The position numbers were made by a program, and so were the translations under genes. A stretch of 60,254 nt of DNA, counting the filler, from Porpidia crustulata (taxonomy: Eukaryota): NCBI GenBank assembly GCA_964255105.1. It is 5 parts of 5 records of this genome, joined end to end, with 100 filler letters (N's around TTAATTAATTAA, not from the genome) between each part and the next. Parts side by side here need not be neighbours in the genome. Positions count along the whole stretch, not along the records: positions 24,164 to 36,130 come from CAXUWE010000580.1; positions 36,231 to 48,194 come from CAXUWE010000581.1; 3 more parts are not named here. One strand, 5' to 3'. Below, piece after piece: positions 24,873-38,692 of this stretch (its first letter is position 1; each line of letters begins with the position of its first letter). The notes beneath the pieces were generated by a model. It did not search any database, had not been told where the DNA came from, and saw only the letters and a list, made by a program, of their open reading frames with translations.

Positions 24873-27223
24873 ATGCGGTCGTGCCAATCGTTGCATCAAA
24901 AGATTATCAAAGCTCTTTTGATCACTGTCGTACCATCAGTGGTAGTAGCATCAGACATTCTTAAGACCAATGGCTTCACGGCATGCATCACCAATCCGTC
25001 CATTACAGTCAACACTCTTGACATCCAGTACGATCGCGCAGCCGCTGCAGTGACTTTCAATGTGGGAGGCTCGAGTACGCGAGCGCAAAACGTGACGGCT
25101 TCTTTGACAGTCACAGCATACGGCAAGCAGGTATACCAAAAAGACTTCGACCCTTGTGACGATGCCACCAAAGTAGACCAGCTATGTCCCGGTAGGTCCA
25201 GATCCAGATTGATATTCGTTTTCGCTCTACGCTGACAGACTCTTCTAGTTCCCAACGGGAATTTTGCTGCCAGAGGTAATCAAACTATCCCCCAAAGCTT
25301 TGCTGGACAAATTCCTTCAATAGCATTCTCGATCCCGGACCTCGAGGGAGATGCCAAGATGCAGTTGAAATCGAAGGATTCCGGGGCCGACCTCGCTTGC
25401 ATTGAATCAGGTATCAACAATGGCAAGACGCTGGAAGTTCCCGCCGTATCCTACATTGCTGTCGGCATTGCTGGAGCTGCACTATTACTCACTGGCCTTT
25501 CGGCGCTCGGAGGTGTTGGCAGCACTGGCACTTCCTCCCCCAGCCCCAATTTCAGTGACGTTATCGGGTGGTTCCAGTCAATGGCTATGAATGGTATGTT
25601 GAGTGTCAATTACCCGCCAGTGTACCAAAGTTTCACGAAGAATTTTGCTTTTTCCGGAGGACTCATCCCCTGGAATGCAATGCAGACATCGATTGATAGT
25701 TTTAGAAGCCGTACTGGAGGCAACCTTACCGCGGATAATGTGCAATACCTTCGCAATGCGACTTTAGCGTTCAGCAGTGGTCCTCAGTCGAACAAGAGCG
25801 TCATAGTGGCGAGGCGTGAGATTGAGTCGTTTTTTGAGGAATCGGCCCTAAACACCAGAGATGTTTCCACCAGTGTCAACGGAAACGGTAACGGAACATC
25901 TAGCGGAAACGGCACAGGGAGTGCCAATGGTGACAAGGTTACGCACATTGTTCATGGAATACAAGGCTACGTGGAGCAGCTTACTATTCCTCAAGCCAAC
26001 ACGTTCATGACTGTCTTACTGATCTTTGCAATCGTCATTGCTGCAATCGCCGTTGGGATACTCCTCCTCAAGGTCATCTTGGAGACCTGGGCTCTTTTTG
26101 GGTCCTTCCCCAAGAAACTCGCAAATTTTAGAAAGCGTTACTGGGGTTTGCTAGCGAGAACAATCACCAACTTGATCCTGATTCTGTATGGTGTCTGGAC
26201 CCTATATTGCGTATTTCAATTTACACATGGCGACTCATGGGCTGCCAAGTTACTGGCAGGAGTCACTCTCGGAATCTTTACGGCTGTCCTAGGGTTCTTC
26301 TCTTTCCGCATTTGGCAAGTCGCGCATCGATATAAGAAACTTGAGGGCGATGCATCTGCCCTTTTTGAAGATAAAGAAACATGGGTCAAGTACAGTCTTT
26401 TCTACGACTGCTACAAGCGCGGATACTGGTGGATATTTATGCCGGCTATTGCTTACATGTTTGCCAAGGGCTGTGTCATTGCAGCTGGTGACGGCCATGG
26501 ATTGGCACAGAGCATTGGCCAGCTTATTGTCGAGTGCCTCATGCTAATGCTTCTCCTCTGGATCAGGCCGTACGAGAAGAAAGTTGGGAATTGGATTAAT
26601 ATGTTCATTCAAGTTGTCCGGGTGTTGTCTGTTATCTGTATCATGGTCTTCGTTGAGGAATTGGGAATTGCGCAAACGACTAAGACTGTGACTGGCGTGA
26701 TACTTATCGCGGTACAATCAGTCCTAACTGCCGCACTTGCGATCCTGATTGCCGTAAATGCAATCATCATCTGCTGCAAAGAAAATCCACATCGTAAACG
26801 GAGAAAGGAGGCTGGTATGTTCTATACACCTATAACTTCGCGGAGCAGGTACTAAAAGCGTGTACAGAGAAGGCAAACAGGGAGATCGACAACCTCACTC
26901 CTCTTGATGCCCGCAATTCTTTACTCATGGATCCCGCCGACTACGTTGACGTTAAAAACGGGCGAGTTGATGGCTATCCTATGAGTACATATAAAAATCG
27001 AACAGGCACTGCAGCTACTCTGCCGTACCGTGACGAGACACCTCCACCTCATCCGGGGACTCGGAGAGAGAGCACAGAAAATCTTGTGAGTTCTGCTGCG
27101 AGTATAGGGCATGGACAAATTCGAAACGCGAGCCGTGGAAGCATCGGCGCGAGTCCGCCACCATTTGGCAGACAACCGACGGTCCCGGATGTCATGGGTG
27201 GACATAGGGGGAGAGCTTACTAG
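24873..27223 (+). CDS. FLC/TRP-like (Pkd2/flavin carrier family) ER membrane protein
   Basis: Signal peptide, TRP_N (ML-like) domain FDPCD...QLCPVP, IAFSIPDLEG, LACIES...NGKT, WFQSMAMNGMLSVNYPPVY, HGIQGYVEQL and multiple TM helices. Introns 25192-25248 and 26815-26867. Paralog not resolved. Confidence 0.9.
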
Positions 27224-28140
27224 ATGGCGTTCTGAGGTTTTCTCGATTTTTCATAGGTTGTGCAGTCAGGTTTGCATATTTAGCGTATGTTTTGGATACC
27301 TGGATCTGGCGTCTTATCGTTACACCTCAGCTGTCCCTGACATGGCAATTCCGCTGCCTATCTTTGCATCTGGTGAAAACGTTGTGAATGAACAACTGCA
27401 TCGAGGCCGTTTCACACCGGCTTTTCGCTCAAAAGACTGTGTTTTGGTAGAACATACTTGGCGTGGTCTAATAAATTCCCTTAGTCGTGCAAGCTTCAAT
27501 GTTTGTATCGAGGACGTTAATGGTAGTACGCAATCGGCAAGCGGTGCGATCTATAAACTATAATTAGATATCTAGGGTTTCTGAATACGCTTGTTGATAC
27601 TTGTAATTGTTAATAATGGAGTTGCTAGAAATCTCAAAGGCTCATAGAATACAGGGGATCATTCGCATTGTAGGTAAGTAATATTGCTGTTACCTCTAAC
27701 CTTCCCTAGCTGTGATTGTATTGTGATATCTGTATTATTGGAGCTTCTCGCTAATCCAGGCCATTCTTCCCCATTGGGAATTGTGACCAGCCTCTAGTCT
27801 GCTTCTGGACCCTATGGTCCTAAGGTGGCCTAGTCACTTTCTTGAAATTCGGGCACTTCGCTCAGCTATCCGCACTGACTACATAATAAAAACTACATAC
27901 GCACAAGATTATTATAGTACACGGAATTTCTCCTATATGGCCCTTGTACATGAGCACATTTAGCAACGACTTTGTATATACAATCTTTTCCCACCGTCGC
28001 TGGCAAGGCTCTATTGTTGCATTATCTTCCGCGTTGGCTCGTTTTCGCCTGCTCCGACAGCGATCTCTCCTGATCATCCTGTGAGCCTTGTCCGTCTTGT
28101 GTTGGATCTGTGGAACCGACATTGTTTAATCCTCTGCATC

Positions 28141-29115
28141 ATGCATCTATCGCCTATATTACAACTATCAGCGCTTCTCTCATCAGTCCACTGTCAAACG
28201 CCGTCGCCAAAACGCGGCCTAGTCTACGTACCCAATCCTCAGCATCCGAGCGACGATAGCTTCTGGGACTCTTCATCATCCGACCTGACATGGTACTATA
28301 ATTATGGCTCTACACCATCTCCGGCGTACGATAACTCTACGAAGCTTCAATTTGTGCCCATGCTTTGGGGCGCACCACAAAATCCGAGCGACACCACTTT
28401 CCTCAACGATGTACAAGGACAATTACAAGGGGGCGCGAAAATTCCATACGTGCTTACGTTCAACGAACCGGACGGTCAGGGTAACGGCGGAAGCAATGTC
28501 CCTGCGGACACAGCGGCTCAGGTCTGGATGAATTCCGTTGAACCCTTGAGGAAGCAAGGTGTGAAATTAGGAGCCCCTGCCGTTACTGGGTCGCCTTCTG
28601 GGTTTACATGGCTGCAGAATTTCTTCACTGCGTGCAATGGCAATTGTACGGTAGATTTCATCCCCGTGCATTGGTATGGCAACTTTGAGGGACTGGCGAG
28701 TCACATTGGCCAGGTCAGGGCCACCTACCCCAATATGACTGTCTGGGTTACAGAATATGCGAACAACAACGTACCCCTGGCGGATTCACAACTTTTCTAC
28801 ACTTCTAGCTCGCAATTCTTCGATCGTATTGAGTAAGTTATTGTTCGAGTTGTGTGCATAATAACTGCAAACTGACATCGCCCTAGCTATATCACTCACT
28901 ACTCCTATTTTGGATCTTTTCGGAGCGACAAATCGAATGTCGGACCAAATGCGGCGATGTTGACTGCACAGGGTAAACTCACCGACATTGGAAGCTGGTA
29001 CCTCGGTGGAGTCAAAACCGGCAATATCCCCAGTGCTGCACAACGGACAAGTGTGGTCACTTTCCTCGCGCTCATCGTTGTCTTTGCAAGCTTGTGGAGT
29101 CTTCTAATAACATGA
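28141..29115 (+). CDS. GH128 beta-1,3-glucanase (Asl1-like), secreted and possibly GPI-anchored
   Basis: Signal peptide, KRGLVY, WYYNY, FVPMLWG, catalytic FNEPD and WVTEY, DFIPVHWY; intron 28833-28886; YSYFGSFR and a hydrophobic C-terminal tail. Confidence 0.9.
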
Positions 29116-30319
29116 GAGATATAATATGTTTTTTGGAGTACGTCGTTGATTTAATCTTATAGAATAGGTCGGAGTCCTGCTTGTTTTGGAGGCTACATAA
29201 AATTCACGAGACCTCGCCTTTCAAGTGTTGGAAGTTCTCATAATGTATGTATACATGTACAAGCACCTGGTCAGCAAGAGGGCTTGCGGTAATTCAATCC
29301 TGCTAAGGGATCTGATATCATCGCAGGAATTTGCGAGTAAAGATTAGAAAAAGTCATACAATGTCATGATACAGTCACTCACGATAAGATATTTGGTGAT
29401 AGCACTGGCAGGTTCCCTTACCATTTTCCGTCATCTTACGAAATAAAGGATTTACTCGTGATACTATGAATAGGAAGATGCCAAGGAATTTGTAGGGAGC
29501 GAAGGGCGTGAGAGAAGTTAATATTACAAACTTCTCCGTGGCATCGACATCGCTTCCATATCGAAATGAGATAGACCAAGAGGCGGAACGTTTGGCATAG
29601 TTTAGCTTGTAGTAGTCGAGTTAGGATATGGCATATCTTTTCCTATCTGGTGCGGTAAATTTCTCGTAAGTAGATATAGTCGCTCTCTCTAGACCTAGTG
29701 TTGCCTACAAACCTCGCTCTCTCACAATAAGTGGATGAGTTCTGTCCCAGCCAAATTAAATTGGAGATTTTCCGAGAGCTTCGAGCGTAATAGGGATCTA
29801 ATAGACATGTTCGGAGTTGCAAGCTTTTCTGGCCGTAAATCCAGGTCGCAAGAAGCTATGCACGGGTCTGCTCTACCTATAAGCTAATCGACGCGGTCCG
29901 AAGCCGCGGTTGTGGAAAGAGTCGATAGGTGACTCGAAGCTCGACAATGAGAGACTGCTGCAAATTCATCTTTCGAGCGATTTGTACGTAAGAACATGAT
30001 ATCGCCAGCACACTCGGCTGACTTCTCCAAGACGAGTAAAAGTCTCTACTGAGTGTCGAGAGTGATGAGATTTGGCGCGAGGGAGCGTTAAGCGGAAACC
30101 ACAACCACCCCTCCTTCCATCTTGTTGCACAACCACTTGTTCAATAACCATCACTCGTTGGCTACGAATCGTGGGCACTTTTGCTTCGCAGAGCATCGTT
30201 CGCTGAACCATTATTCGAAGATTGGTGTCTGAAGCAGGCCGTTCACCTCCACGTAAGACTCCGCACGGCGAAATCCAACCTATTTACCCCCCCGGGGGCG
30301 CTCATTCTAATCGCCCAAT

Positions 30320-33300
30320 ATGGCGAACTCCTCCAAGTCGTTCAAGAGGTTGGGCCTACCTCCTCCGCGCTATCGTACACCGTCGCCTCCGCGACATGCC
30401 ATCGAACCAATATCCCCTATGAACACCAGCGACACTGCTATTGAGGCACTTGGTATGCGATGGGCCAACTACGACAACAGCTCCATTGTGGACAAGACAC
30501 ACCACGATCAATGTGAAGACATGCGCAAGCGTGGCCATGGATCTCGGGGGTCAATGGACGCATTTGCATCGATCGCTCTGGCTACGAGCTCAATCGGCTC
30601 TCTTCAGAACAACTCTCTCGCCGTTCAACTTCCTTTCGGAATTGTCATCGATGAAAGCCAGGCAGTGGAGCGTCCTTCAAAGCGTGCAAGGTCCGAGAAG
30701 CTGCCTTCGCCCGAGTGGCATCGAAGTGGAGCAAAGCTCGGGTTACGACCCGCTACTAGTTACGAGCAATCGGCGGACAGTCGAACACTCGAGGCAGAGC
30801 TCCTACTAAACTTCTCTCAAGAGGCGAGGTTCTCAGTCCCTTGGCCCTCTCACCAAAAAGGCGATAGTAACGCACCACAACTGGCTCCATCACTGATCGA
30901 TATCCCTAATTTCAGTCTTAAGTCACTCATTGACGATCAGTGTCCTCAAAATGAGACTCCGCAAATGAGTTCTATATCACAGGAGGATGGTCCAACGCTG
31001 CTGTGTAATTCAGGTACTTTCAAAGAACAATATGGAAATGGTGGTTCGGACTCACCCGGGGCAACCTCTGCTCAAGCCAGTCCACATCAAGACCCCAGTT
31101 TGCCGCAAGTTGGACCTAATGGTGTACATGAACTTAGTGACGTATACTCAACACCACTCACGAGTGTCATGGTGTCCGCGTACGACTCTACAGCTTCAGG
31201 TCGGGTACATGAATCTGCCAAGAAAGGTATACCAAATTTTGCGGGGCACATGGACGCTACCAAATCCGACAACACGCAAGATTTTCCAGAGGTTGTGCCG
31301 GATATGATCCAGACGGGGTTGGGGTTCTTCGCAGACCATACTACAAACCTTGGGGACCCTAACCCGTTCATGACCGACGGTATTTCACGGTCAACGAAAG
31401 AAAACGTTGTAGAAGCCATACTAAAAGAGCCTAGTCAAAAGGCTATAGCCACAATGGGTCCACCGGTTGGCTTGGTAGACGTGAACGAGACCATCGCCGG
31501 TGAAATCGCCCAAAACACAGAAACTTCCTCTAATCTAGTATTGGCAATAGAAAGCGCTGCGGAGGACTCCGGAGCAAGAGGCTGCCAAGCTATAGCCCCA
31601 GCAGTATGTGCAGCATGCAACTTTACTCGGAACTCGCTGAGTGTCGAGAATGACAACAGCTCTACATCATGGATCAGTTGCGATGGCTGCAAAGCCTGGT
31701 TCCACTTCGCCTGCGCAGGCTTTAAGAGCGAGCGAGAAGTGAGAAGTGTTGATAAGTATCGCTGTCGGAAGTGTAAACCTATTCATGGACCAACGACCCA
31801 TGTCCGAAAATCTGCCCGGGCACACACTGCAATTGATTACGCTGGTCTGCATCAAGGAGTGTTCAAGACTTCCGATGAGACGCCAGAACATCATTATATA
31901 AAGCCGATCAAGGATGGCACAATCTCCTTTCAACCGGAAAGTTTTGCCCGGATGCGTCCTGAGCTGGTGACTGCAGAGTATTTTCAGAAAGGAATTGGGA
32001 TGAAAGAGCCTGTTGTCATTCCAGCACACTTCAACCCACGACCCGGAGATTCTCGTCCACTAGAGGAGAGCGCCGAGTCCCTTGGGGGTACTTTTGCTTC
32101 TGCCAGCCATATAGGCGATGATTTGTTGCACGAAGAGTGGTTCAGTATTGACCCAGAATTTCAACGCGTGCCAGATCACGGACAGGACGCGTTAGATATG
32201 GTTGTACCTCGAGATCTGACGGTGAGACTGGTTGCTGAGCTCTATGGCCCCGAAGAAAAGGTCGAGGTCATCGATGTGAAATCTCAGAATGGGGAGGGTA
32301 AGAAATGGAACATGAAACGGTGGGCTGACTACTATGAAAGTAGCGGAAATAAAATTGTCCGAAACGTGATTAGCTTAGAGGTATCTCAAAGCAAGTTGGG
32401 ACGGCTCATCCGGCGACCACAAATTGTAAGAGATCTTGACCTCCAAGATTCCGTCTGGCCATCAGAATTACAATCCCGAGGTGAATACCCAAGGGTTCAG
32501 TTTTATTGCCTGATGTCGGTGGCAGACTGTTTCACGGACTTTCACATTGACTTTGGCGGCTCATCTGTGTTTTATCATATCCTGAAAGGGAAGAAAACGT
32601 TCCTATTCATCCCGCCAAAAGAGAAACACCTGAAGAAGTACGAAGAGTGGTGTATGTCGCCGGCACAGAACTGGACTTTCTTAGCGGATCAAACTAAAGA
32701 ATGTTATCGAGTCGACCTCTCTGAGGGAGATACAATGTTAATACCTGCAGGATGGATTCATGCTGTTTGGACTCCTGAAGACAGCTTGGTCATCGGAGGT
32801 AATTTTCTAACGCGGTTGAATTATGGTATGCAGTTACGGATCGCCCAAATAGAAAAAGCTACAGGAGTGGCCAGGAAATTCAGATACCCCCACTTCCAGA
32901 GAATCCATTGGTATACTGCTTTGCGGTATCTGGCGGATGATCCCATACCAGACAGTGTTAAAGAAATTCTCCAAAACGGTAATAAGTTTCATCGCAAACA
33001 GCCCGCTCATTACGATTTTGATGCATGGGGTGAGAACTCTGAATTAGGGAGAGAGAATTATCATGCACGTTACTATTCACAGGCAGAGTTGGAAGGACTA
33101 GTTGAATTGAGCCGCTATTTGTTAAGGACGGCATTGATTGACTTGGGTAGTATAACAGATGGTATTACCACGGAAACGCGCAACGCTGTGAAAAAGGCAA
33201 TACCCAGGGGCCATGGTGAGCCACTCGATACTGTCAAGCGTTTTGCTATGTGGACAGCGTGGAAACGAGGCGAGTCAATACCTGACTGGGCATCGGCAGA

Positions 33301-35101
33301 CGCGATTCCAGAAGGCATTACCCCGGAAGCTGCTGCGAAGCTGAGTACTGCGGCCGCGAAGAAGGTTGCCCTGGAGGTCGCACTTCAGGGACCACGTCGA
33401 CATTCGGCAAGGAGGACTTCTCAGCAGCACCATTCAGCACTGGCAGACGCTCAAACACTGCTTGGGGTTGCAGTTTCACCAAAAGGCGTCGTTTCGCTGG
33501 AACTCTCTAAGCGGCCAGCGCCTCAGACTGGAGCAGCGCCGCCCGACGAGTCTAGAACAATATCGAAAGGGCTGAAACCCAGTTCTGAAATGGATGGTGT
33601 AAATGAGATCGTGCTCCCGGATGCTTCAAGAAAACGCAAATCCCCAATAGGAGTTTTTGCGGCTTCGCATCGAAAACCTGCATGTGATCTGTGCCGGAAA
33701 CGAAGACGAGCTTGTAAACACAGGGATCAAGTCGACTATTCAGCTTCAACAGCCAAAGTGGAGAAAGGGCAGGTTACCGATGTCTCAGAACCACGGAGTA
33801 CCGCCTGGCTAGATCCTTCCCTGCTCGAAGAGCTCAGGTCTTTCGCTGACCGGGAACAACATTTGCAGCATTCCTATGTTCATCCTTCCTTAATCCCTTC
33901 AGTTGGTTCACAAAGGGCTCCCCTTATGGAGTCCCAATTGGCTAATTTGACACCACCCATTACTTCGCCGAAGCTGAACAGCATGAGTCCTAGAGTGATT
34001 GATGGGATCATGGTCACCGCGTCGCAAAGTAGAGGGAGAAGTAAAGCGTGCAATGATTGTCGCAAAAGCAAGGTTCGTGCAGAGCGATGGACACCAATAA
34101 AATGTGCTGACTCCTTGTAGAGGCGATGCATACACGATGAACATGGCAATATCGACCCCGACAAGGCTAACGAAGCGGCCATCCCAAGACCTGCTGCTAC
34201 ACTCAAGCGCCGTAAACTTGACCACGGAGGTCAGGATTTGCTAGGGCCTACAAAGCCGAATGGCCCTACAGTACTGGGTTCCCAATGCTTTCCTCTACCT
34301 ACCTGTGGCTCTACACAAAATCTAGTAGAGCCCACGAATGGCCTCGTACAAAGACCGGCACCAGTCGCGAACATGATGGGCTACAATCCAAATTCGGCAC
34401 CGCTTTTGATTTTGAAACGACATAGCCCAGTTCTGCAACATCAGCCATCCAATGCACCGTCCGCAACGCCACTTCAAGGCGATGCAGAACTTGCGAATCA
34501 GGCCGTACGTCAACTCAATAACGCAGTGCTCGACACGCAGATCCATGCGGATGAGAAGCATCTCTCAGATCCTTCACCCCTGCGACGTGCGACGGAGCCC
34601 GTAGAAAGCACCGAGGATGAAGTACAGCTTGTCGCTATGCCTCCAGTGCCCGACCTGAAAGCCGAGGCAGGCTTCGTTCAGGAAGTGTCCCTGCTTGATG
34701 AAAGCTTCTCCCAACCCGCCGCTTCTTGCCTTGTCTCGCCGCCGGCATCTTCACACAACGACGCTGGCCGTACTTCGCCAACCTCGGAACCTAAGCTTAC
34801 ACCTTCATCGTCATCGTCTAGGCATTCGTCTCGCCACCCAAAGCAGGTGCAACGGTATACCCCTGACTCGGGATCTACGAGAAGGGCCAGCAGTAGTTCT
34901 GCAGCGGATATGATGGCAGGGAAGAGCCATTCGCTGACTGCTAGAGGCGACAGCGCACATATGTTTAAAGGTGTTGACGCAAGCGCGAAGCGCGCGAAAC
35001 CGCGGCTGAGCTCAGATATTTATGCTGACGAGGAAAGTCTAAGGTTAATAAAGGAGCTTCAGGCCCAGGACTACGGGCTGAGGAGAAGGGAAAGGATATA
35101 G
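30320..35101 (+). CDS. JHD1: PHD + JmjC histone demethylase (Jhd1/KDM2 family; Neurospora DMM-1-like)
   Basis: PHD finger CAAC...WISCDGCKAWFHFAC...YRCRKC; JmjC with intact FTDFHIDFGGSSVFYH and WIHAVWTPEDSLVIGGNFL; intron 34073-34120 joins the 34238 ORF in frame. Confidence 0.88.
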
Positions 35102-35646
35102 GAGCTTTTTGTTATTTTCCAACTTTGGAGCCGTCGTTGGGCTTTGGATGAGCCGCACACTTACGCTGTTTCAAGCGTAGCAGAGGAAATATTCTTTACA
35201 GCACGAGGAGTCGGGAATCGCCATTAGCGGCGTCAATGGTAGGCTGGACTCTGGTCGTTACACCGGCGGAGCACGTCTTGTGGACCAAGCAAATAGTTCG
35301 GCCTGATGTTCTCAATGATACCGGTATTACGCTCGAGAATACTAAATAGCCTGGCAAACATGATCCCAATTTGCCTTGTACATATAAAGGAGTAAAATCA
35401 CTCATTGCAGGAGAGCCATTGTGAAGAAAACACTGCCCCAACGCATGACCATCAAACCAAAATTGTCAATCCGCAAACACATTGTTAGCAGGGTATTGTG
35501 CGCCGGAAGCCTTTCTCTGACCCACCCATTCCATCACCTAAATCGAAATCCGGCCCGGTTCGACGGAACCAGAGCAGAGGAGTGCCGGCTTGATCCACCT
35601 TTGTCCACCAGCACCACCAGCACCACCAGCCATCCAGAAAAACCCT

Positions 35647-36130
35647 TTACACCTTCTTCGCCTTACGTGCCCCTTTCCCGTCAGTCCCGCGGATCTTCTT
35701 CGTCCCGGCAGCCTACAGGGGTTTCCCGATTAGCCCTCATCCGCCTCGAATCCGGGTTGACCCTCGCCACCGTCGTAGAAAAGGAAGTAGCCCGATCCTC
35801 CAACAAAGCCTGGTCCGCGCAAGCAGGAAAAACAAAAGCACTCTCACCTTCTTCCCCGGTTTGCCCTCGACGGCCCCAATCACCTTCTCCATCACGCCCT
35901 GGGCCTTATCCTTGAGCGTCGGCTTCCTCTTCTGCTTCACCACCCCCGCATCCTTGACCGCATCTGCCTTCTTCTCCTTGACCGGTCGCCCGCGCTTCTT
36001 GACGCGTCCGTCTTTGACTTTGGCGCCGGCGGCCGCCTTGGTGCGGGGCTTCGAGGTGTTGGCTTTCGGCCGCCCCGCGCCCGACTTCTTCTTGGTGATG
36101 GAGACGGTGGTGGTTTCGGCGGGTTTACGG
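35647..36130 (-). CDS. Lysine-rich basic protein with AT-hook-like motifs (5' end truncated by contig end)
   Basis: Open frame from the contig end RKPAET...GAGRPK...KKRGRPVK...KRKPTLKDKAQGVMEKVIGAVEGKPGKK, intron 35713-35847 (GTGAGA...GCTAAT...TAG), then AAGTKKIRGTDGKGARKAKKV*. Strong GC3 codon bias. Confidence 0.75.
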
Positions 36131-36230
36131 NNNNNNNNNNNNNNNNNNNNNNNNNNNNNNNNNNNNNNNNNNNNTTAATTAATTAANNNNNNNNNNNNNN
36201 NNNNNNNNNNNNNNNNNNNNNNNNNNNNNN
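36131..36230. other. Artificial contig linker
   Basis: N44-TTAATTAATTAA-N44. Confidence 0.98.
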
Positions 36231-38124
36231 CCGTCAACAGCCGAGCAATCTCGGCCTTCGCGCCCCCGTCCTCCGCGACCAGCCACGCTAAAATCACGTC
36301 AACCGTCTGTAACGAGAACAGTCCGGCGTCCAGCCGGCGCGAGAACCACTCGTCCGCCCTTTCCTCCCGTTCTTCGGCCTCCAATTCCGCTCGCTCCGCT
36401 ACGATTTCTTGATCGATGGCGGATTTCTTTGCGGCGTACTCGCGCCGGATTTGTACCAGGCGGTCGAGTTTATCGTAGTCCTTCTCGACGAATTTGGCCA
36501 GCAGGCGGATCCGCTCCGCTGAGTCGGCAGGAAGGGAGCGGAGTAAGGATGAGAGGATGCCGAGAAGGTGTTCTGTCATTTGGCTGTCGTGTTTTTTCAT
36601 CAAGAGGGTGAACGTTGGTTTCAAGCCGGCGGCTTCGACGAGTTTGGCACAGCATGCGCCACCCTCCTGGCCTGACCCGGCAAGGGCGTGATCGAGTAGA
36701 CGAAGAGCACGGGGGCGGCTCATCTTGCCATCGCGAAGCATGAGGAAGCAAAGTTCAATGCCTTCTGCTTCCAGGAAACGTGATTTAGCAAGGGGGTCGT
36801 CGAGGCAGCAGGTTAGAGCGTCAAAAATGTTCTCGACGAATTCTTCTTCTTCCGTGCCTTTTGAGGGATCGCGTTTGCGATATGGACTGAGGAGTTGGAG
36901 GAGGCTGTCGATGCCGTTTTGGTCGATGAGTTGGGCGCGGTTCGTAGGAGAAGATTGGAGCAAAATCGCAAGGATTTCGGCAGAATACTGCTTGTTTTGC
37001 GTGACTGAAGGTTCGGATTTCTGGATGCGGATAAGGAGGGATTTGATGAGGGGGGTGGTGGTGCCGATCAAAGAGGCGATAGAAGGGCGGGAGGAAAGAT
37101 TCTCGATTACGCCAAGCACGTGGTAGATGCCAGCTCGATCTGACTCGTTGGATTCGTCGAGACGTGACATATTTTCATAAAGAAGATTAAGGAGGTCTGC
37201 TTCGAGCTGAAGGACTGTCAGATTATAATCAGGGGAGGGGGTCGTGGCTAGCCTACCAATGCATCAACTAGCGCATCCCATTGCGACTGTTCAGCTTCGA
37301 CATCCTCATCTGTAAGTTCATCGATTATTTCGATCGCATCGATAGCAATGTCAGTATTCTCATGGGACAGTAACGACACCAGAGAAGAAACACATCCTAG
37401 CTTCGCAAACTCTTCGTATAGGTCTGAATGTTCAGAGAGAATGGAAAGAGCCTTTATGTCCGCATCTAAATCTGCTTCTGAGCCCATGAACCTGACGACT
37501 ATGGTCAGACCGGACCCACCATGCATTGAGGATTCCCTGCACGTACTTTTCCGGCTTATCCTCAAACTTGGACCTGAGCTCCGTATTCTTTGAAATCCTT
37601 TTCTCGAAGTTCAAGGCAAGCTTTCGTAACCATGCGGAGTCAATCTTCTCTGGTTTCTGACACATCCATATCAGCTGTAATTTTCCTCTCCATATTGTGC
37701 CCCGGACTTACAATATCATCCTGGTCTCTTTCGTCGATGAAGTCCAGCACCTCGGCAGTATCGTGTGTAATGCCACCACCGAAGAAGCGGCCCTCATCAT
37801 CGTCTGCGACCTCTTCTTCGAAATCAGGCGGTAATTCCGGGCCTGCGACTCCATCTTCGTCTACTTCATCCTCCACGGTAGCTTGGCCGTTGGTCTTGAC
37901 ATCTCCATTTGAATGTGTCTTCGTCGCCTTATAGATCCTATCTAAGCCCGGTTAGCTAATGGTTAAGCTATCCGAAGGAGCAGGTCAACTCACCGGCATC
38001 TCGAGTAGGTTCCAATTTGCGCTTGTTATTGCTTGGTAGGTAGGGTTTCTGGGGATCTTTTAGCAAGAGTGTAAAGAAGGGCGCTGAGGCTGTAAACCTT
38101 GAACAAATCATCGATACTCGCCAT
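36231..38124 (-). CDS. CTNNBL1: Beta-catenin-like protein 1 (Prp19/CDC5L complex), multi-exon, 3' end truncated
   Basis: MASIDDLFK start, DDDEGRFFGGG, FEKRISKNTELRSKFEDKPEKFMGSEADLD, LLSHENTDIAI, NKQYSAEILAILLQ, KFVEKDYDK and RRLDAGLFSLQTVD. Confidence 0.92.
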
Positions 38125-38692
38125 GATCTTAGCACTTGAGAAGACTTTGTCGGAGATTGGATTGGAGCCCCGATTGTTTGCTGCTTGCAAATCTACAAGC
38201 TTTCCTCGAAGCTATTTAAGTATCTGCAGTTGGTAGCGTGCGCCGCTGGGTTCAGCCACAGTGCCGGGAAAGTTTGAACCCTAACCCTGAAGCATCTTCA
38301 GCCTCGTATGTGGTCGGTAGACACAATCCCTCTTTTTGTCTCCACAACCAAGCCATCGTTCAAGCTTTCTCACGAAGAACGTAGGCTAAGGTAGTTACGA
38401 TTCACTATCAACATTGAGAATGCTTTGTTTTATCTTGTGATAACTTATGTAATTTGTGATCTATGTACAACCCCTCCCCTATCCTACTCGCGGCGATCGC
38501 CTGTACTCCATATTGCCTTGGGTATGACCATTTATCTACCTAATTCACGCCAGCGTCCGGCGATGCAGAACAATCCTTCCCTCCCTATGCAGGTTTTACC
38601 CGTCAGGTGAGAAGAGAAAAACGAGCCTTCGGCCCCCCTTCGACCCTCTGCCACACTTTTCCCCACCTGTTTTCAGCTTCCTTGATCTTTCG

